A DNA stretch of 64,000 nt from Ranitomeya imitator (taxonomy: Eukaryota), in assembly GCF_032444005.1 (NCBI RefSeq), contig NC_091285.1:56296001-56360000 (forward strand), given 5' to 3'. Within the stretch, counting starts at the first letter, position 1; each line of letters opens with the position of its first letter. The notes beneath the pieces are model-generated. The model made no database searches. It was given only the letters and a program-made list of their open reading frames with translations, and was not told where the DNA came from. The translations under genes were made by a program, and so were the position numbers. Below, in pieces: positions 61,666 through 64,000 of the stretch.

Positions 61666-64000
61666 AAGGAAATAAGTAAAATTTCAACAATTAAGTTTAA
61701 TGGTAACTTGCTTTGAGTTTCCTTATAATTCACTTGCTTGCTAAGTTAAAAATCAACTTGACAAGTTATTTTGATGACAGTTAAAATCAACTTGGTTAAA
61801 GTTATCTGCAATGAAAAGGCATATCTTTTTTGGGGTTTTGGAACTTCCCCCCCTGCTTCTCGGCCTAAATTTGTTCTAGAAAAACAAACCGTTTTTTGCT
61901 TACTCCACCCAGGTCAAGTGCCCAGTTTCTGCTGCTGCTCCCGATGTTTGTTATTGACTGCAGCGCTAAGTTCATGTTGATAGCACTGCAGCCAATAACT
62001 GAGCTCACGGCTCTGAAGGGCCCATGCTGTTATCTTGGGTAGAGCTGATCTCAGTTATTGGCTATAGTGCTTTCAAAGTTATATCGGCACTGCAGACAAT
62101 AACAGATCACGAGAATGTCAGTGGGAATGCTGATCTGGACCTTGGGATAATAAGTAAAGCATAGTTTGTTTTTCTTTTAAAGTAAATTGCAACCAGAGGA
62201 GATGGGTTTTCAAATCAGGAAAACCCCTTTAAGGTGGTTGTAGCAGTGAGATCAGATTGTCCATTGTCCTCCATCATCACTTCAAGCTTAAAATTTAACC
62301 TGTTCTTTTTCTTGAAAGCTGCGTGATGTGCTCACTTAGAATATATCTAGTTTGGTCTAACAATTGTATACAGTGATAAGAGAGCCATGATGTATGACCA
62401 GATCTGAATTCACTGACTCTACTTTTGTTATTAAAGAGCTATGCACAAAAACAAATGACACCATCTCAAATTCAACTGTGCCATCAGTATCTGGGATGGA
62501 TATAAGATTTTTGTGCATTATAATTCTAGTCCATGATGTGGATTAATAATGTCACATTGTTGCTCAGATAGAGTGTCTGAGGCTGTGACTTCTATTATAA
62601 ACTCTTTGTTTTACTCTTGATCAAGTGATCTTTGAGCGTAGAGCACTCCAATCTCTATATTGATGTCCCAACAAATTTGCAGTTTGCAAATCAGCAAAAA
62701 AATGCACTTATGTCTTACACATTGCATGAGCTACTGAAGAATCACTTGACCTTAAGAACAGTCATGCAAGCTTCATCATAATGACTTGCAGGCGTCAAAT
62801 CACACAGTATAGTGAGGCAATTCAGGTAGTATAGCAGGCATTATAGGGTGATACAGTAAAAGGGATAGGAACAGAAAGTAAAAAAAAAAATAGATTAATA
62901 CTTAAGTCAGTAATATTTTATAGTAAATAGTAGTCACCAAACTACGGGCTCTCGTGTGGGAAAATTATCCCTGATGAAGGAGGTCGGAGCTTCAGAAATA
63001 TGTTGGATGTATAGCCAGTATTCTTTTTTTTTCGAAAGAGAGCCAGTAGATTGGTGACATCATACAAACTCAGGGCAGCAGATTTTATCAAAACTAGTGT
63101 TAGAACAGACGCGACCAGCTGGTACTCTGTCTACACTGTTTGTCGAATATCAAGCACGGATTCAAGACAGTTGACCTACCACATCTTCAGACTTCCTGAC
63201 AAAGAATCCTTATCCAGGACAGAACAGCACATTCGAACTACATTTGCACAGAACCACAGGTGGGCTTCTAGTGATTATCAGACATTTTTAGTGCACAATG
63301 TGTTTTTTCATATAACTAACATAAGCCTATAACACACTTGGGCATAAGGTGCGCCTATATGCAGCTCTAAATAACAGTATGCAGGAGAGTGCTAGTGCAC
63401 ATTATTTTTAAGGTTCTCCAGAATCTTAGTCAAAAATTTCAATCAGGAATAAGATTAGGTAATGAGGTGACTGATATCTCAGGAGCACTGTTATTCGCAT
63501 TTTTGACATCCACCAGTCCAGTGTGCAACAAGGCCTTCTGCATCCTTTGCTTAAATTTGAGTCAATTATTCTAACATTGTCTCCAGTGTCAGGATCTGAG
63601 GCTTTTATACTGAATATTGAAGCTCATTGTTCTTCGACAAATAAGCCACATATTTTGATTAAGAAAATATTGGTGGTTTGGAAAGAGGAGGAGATCGTCT
63701 TTCTGTAACTATGTTGAAAGACGAAAGATTTTTTTCTTTGTCATTAAAACTTTTTAAGATAATAGTAAATTAAAAAATAACATCTTCAAGAATTTAGCAG
63801 GCGGTATCTGCAGTATCTCCAGAATCTTGATCTTGAACTTCTATCAGATTTTTCATTGCTTCAGGTACAGAATCTTCAGGAATCTTCTAGGAGAAGATAA
63901 GGAGCTGATGGATATCGTTGACTTCTACAAGTGCCTTAAAATCATCTTCCAGGCTTCCTCATTCCTAGGAGGCAATTCATAATGTTTTGTTGCTCAAAAA
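61666..64000 (-). pseudogene. pcdhg: Heavily decayed, fragmented protocadherin gamma variable exon relic
   Basis: Recognisable TM/EC6 remnants (61666-61820), EC6-EC5 (62230-62665), and EC3-EC5 pieces (63410-64000), with many indels and no ORF. Confidence 0.8.
61825..62232. mobile_element. Degenerate TTAA-type MITE inside the Pcdh relic
   Basis: Right end GGAAAACCCCTTTAA at the relic's TTAAGGTGGTTG site; internal palindrome GCACTGCAGCCAATAACTGAG / CTCAGTTATTGGCTATAGTGC. The left end is poorly defined. Confidence 0.45.

Overview
Vertebrate DNA, most likely an anuran (frog) judging by the repeat families (inference). The window is part of the variable region of a clustered protocadherin-gamma locus transcribed on the minus strand. 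It holds one partial exon at the left edge, four intact 2412-bp variable exons, one frameshifted exon with an intact promoter, and a badly decayed relic at the right end. Each of the six recognisable exons has a CGCT-box/CTCF-type conserved sequence element about 233-251 bp upstream of its ATG. The five whose 3' end is in the window end in a phase-0 GTAAG donor. The spacers are packed with transposons: an apparently complete Neptune-type Penelope-like retroelement (15-bp TSD, inverted pLTR, variant hammerhead ribozyme, two ORFs overlapping in the -1 frame with slippery heptamers); a 14.8-kb hAT element (8-bp TSD, intact 1191-aa transposase, about 8 kb of internal satellite arrays, two diverged hairpins that both keep their pairing); two Tc1 elements; MITEs; two solo LTRs; and a TTAA-type element carrying telomere-like repeats. 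Two DNA-transposon insertions show inverted duplication of host flank outside their termini. All calls come from reading the sequence; no database searches or folding programs were run.
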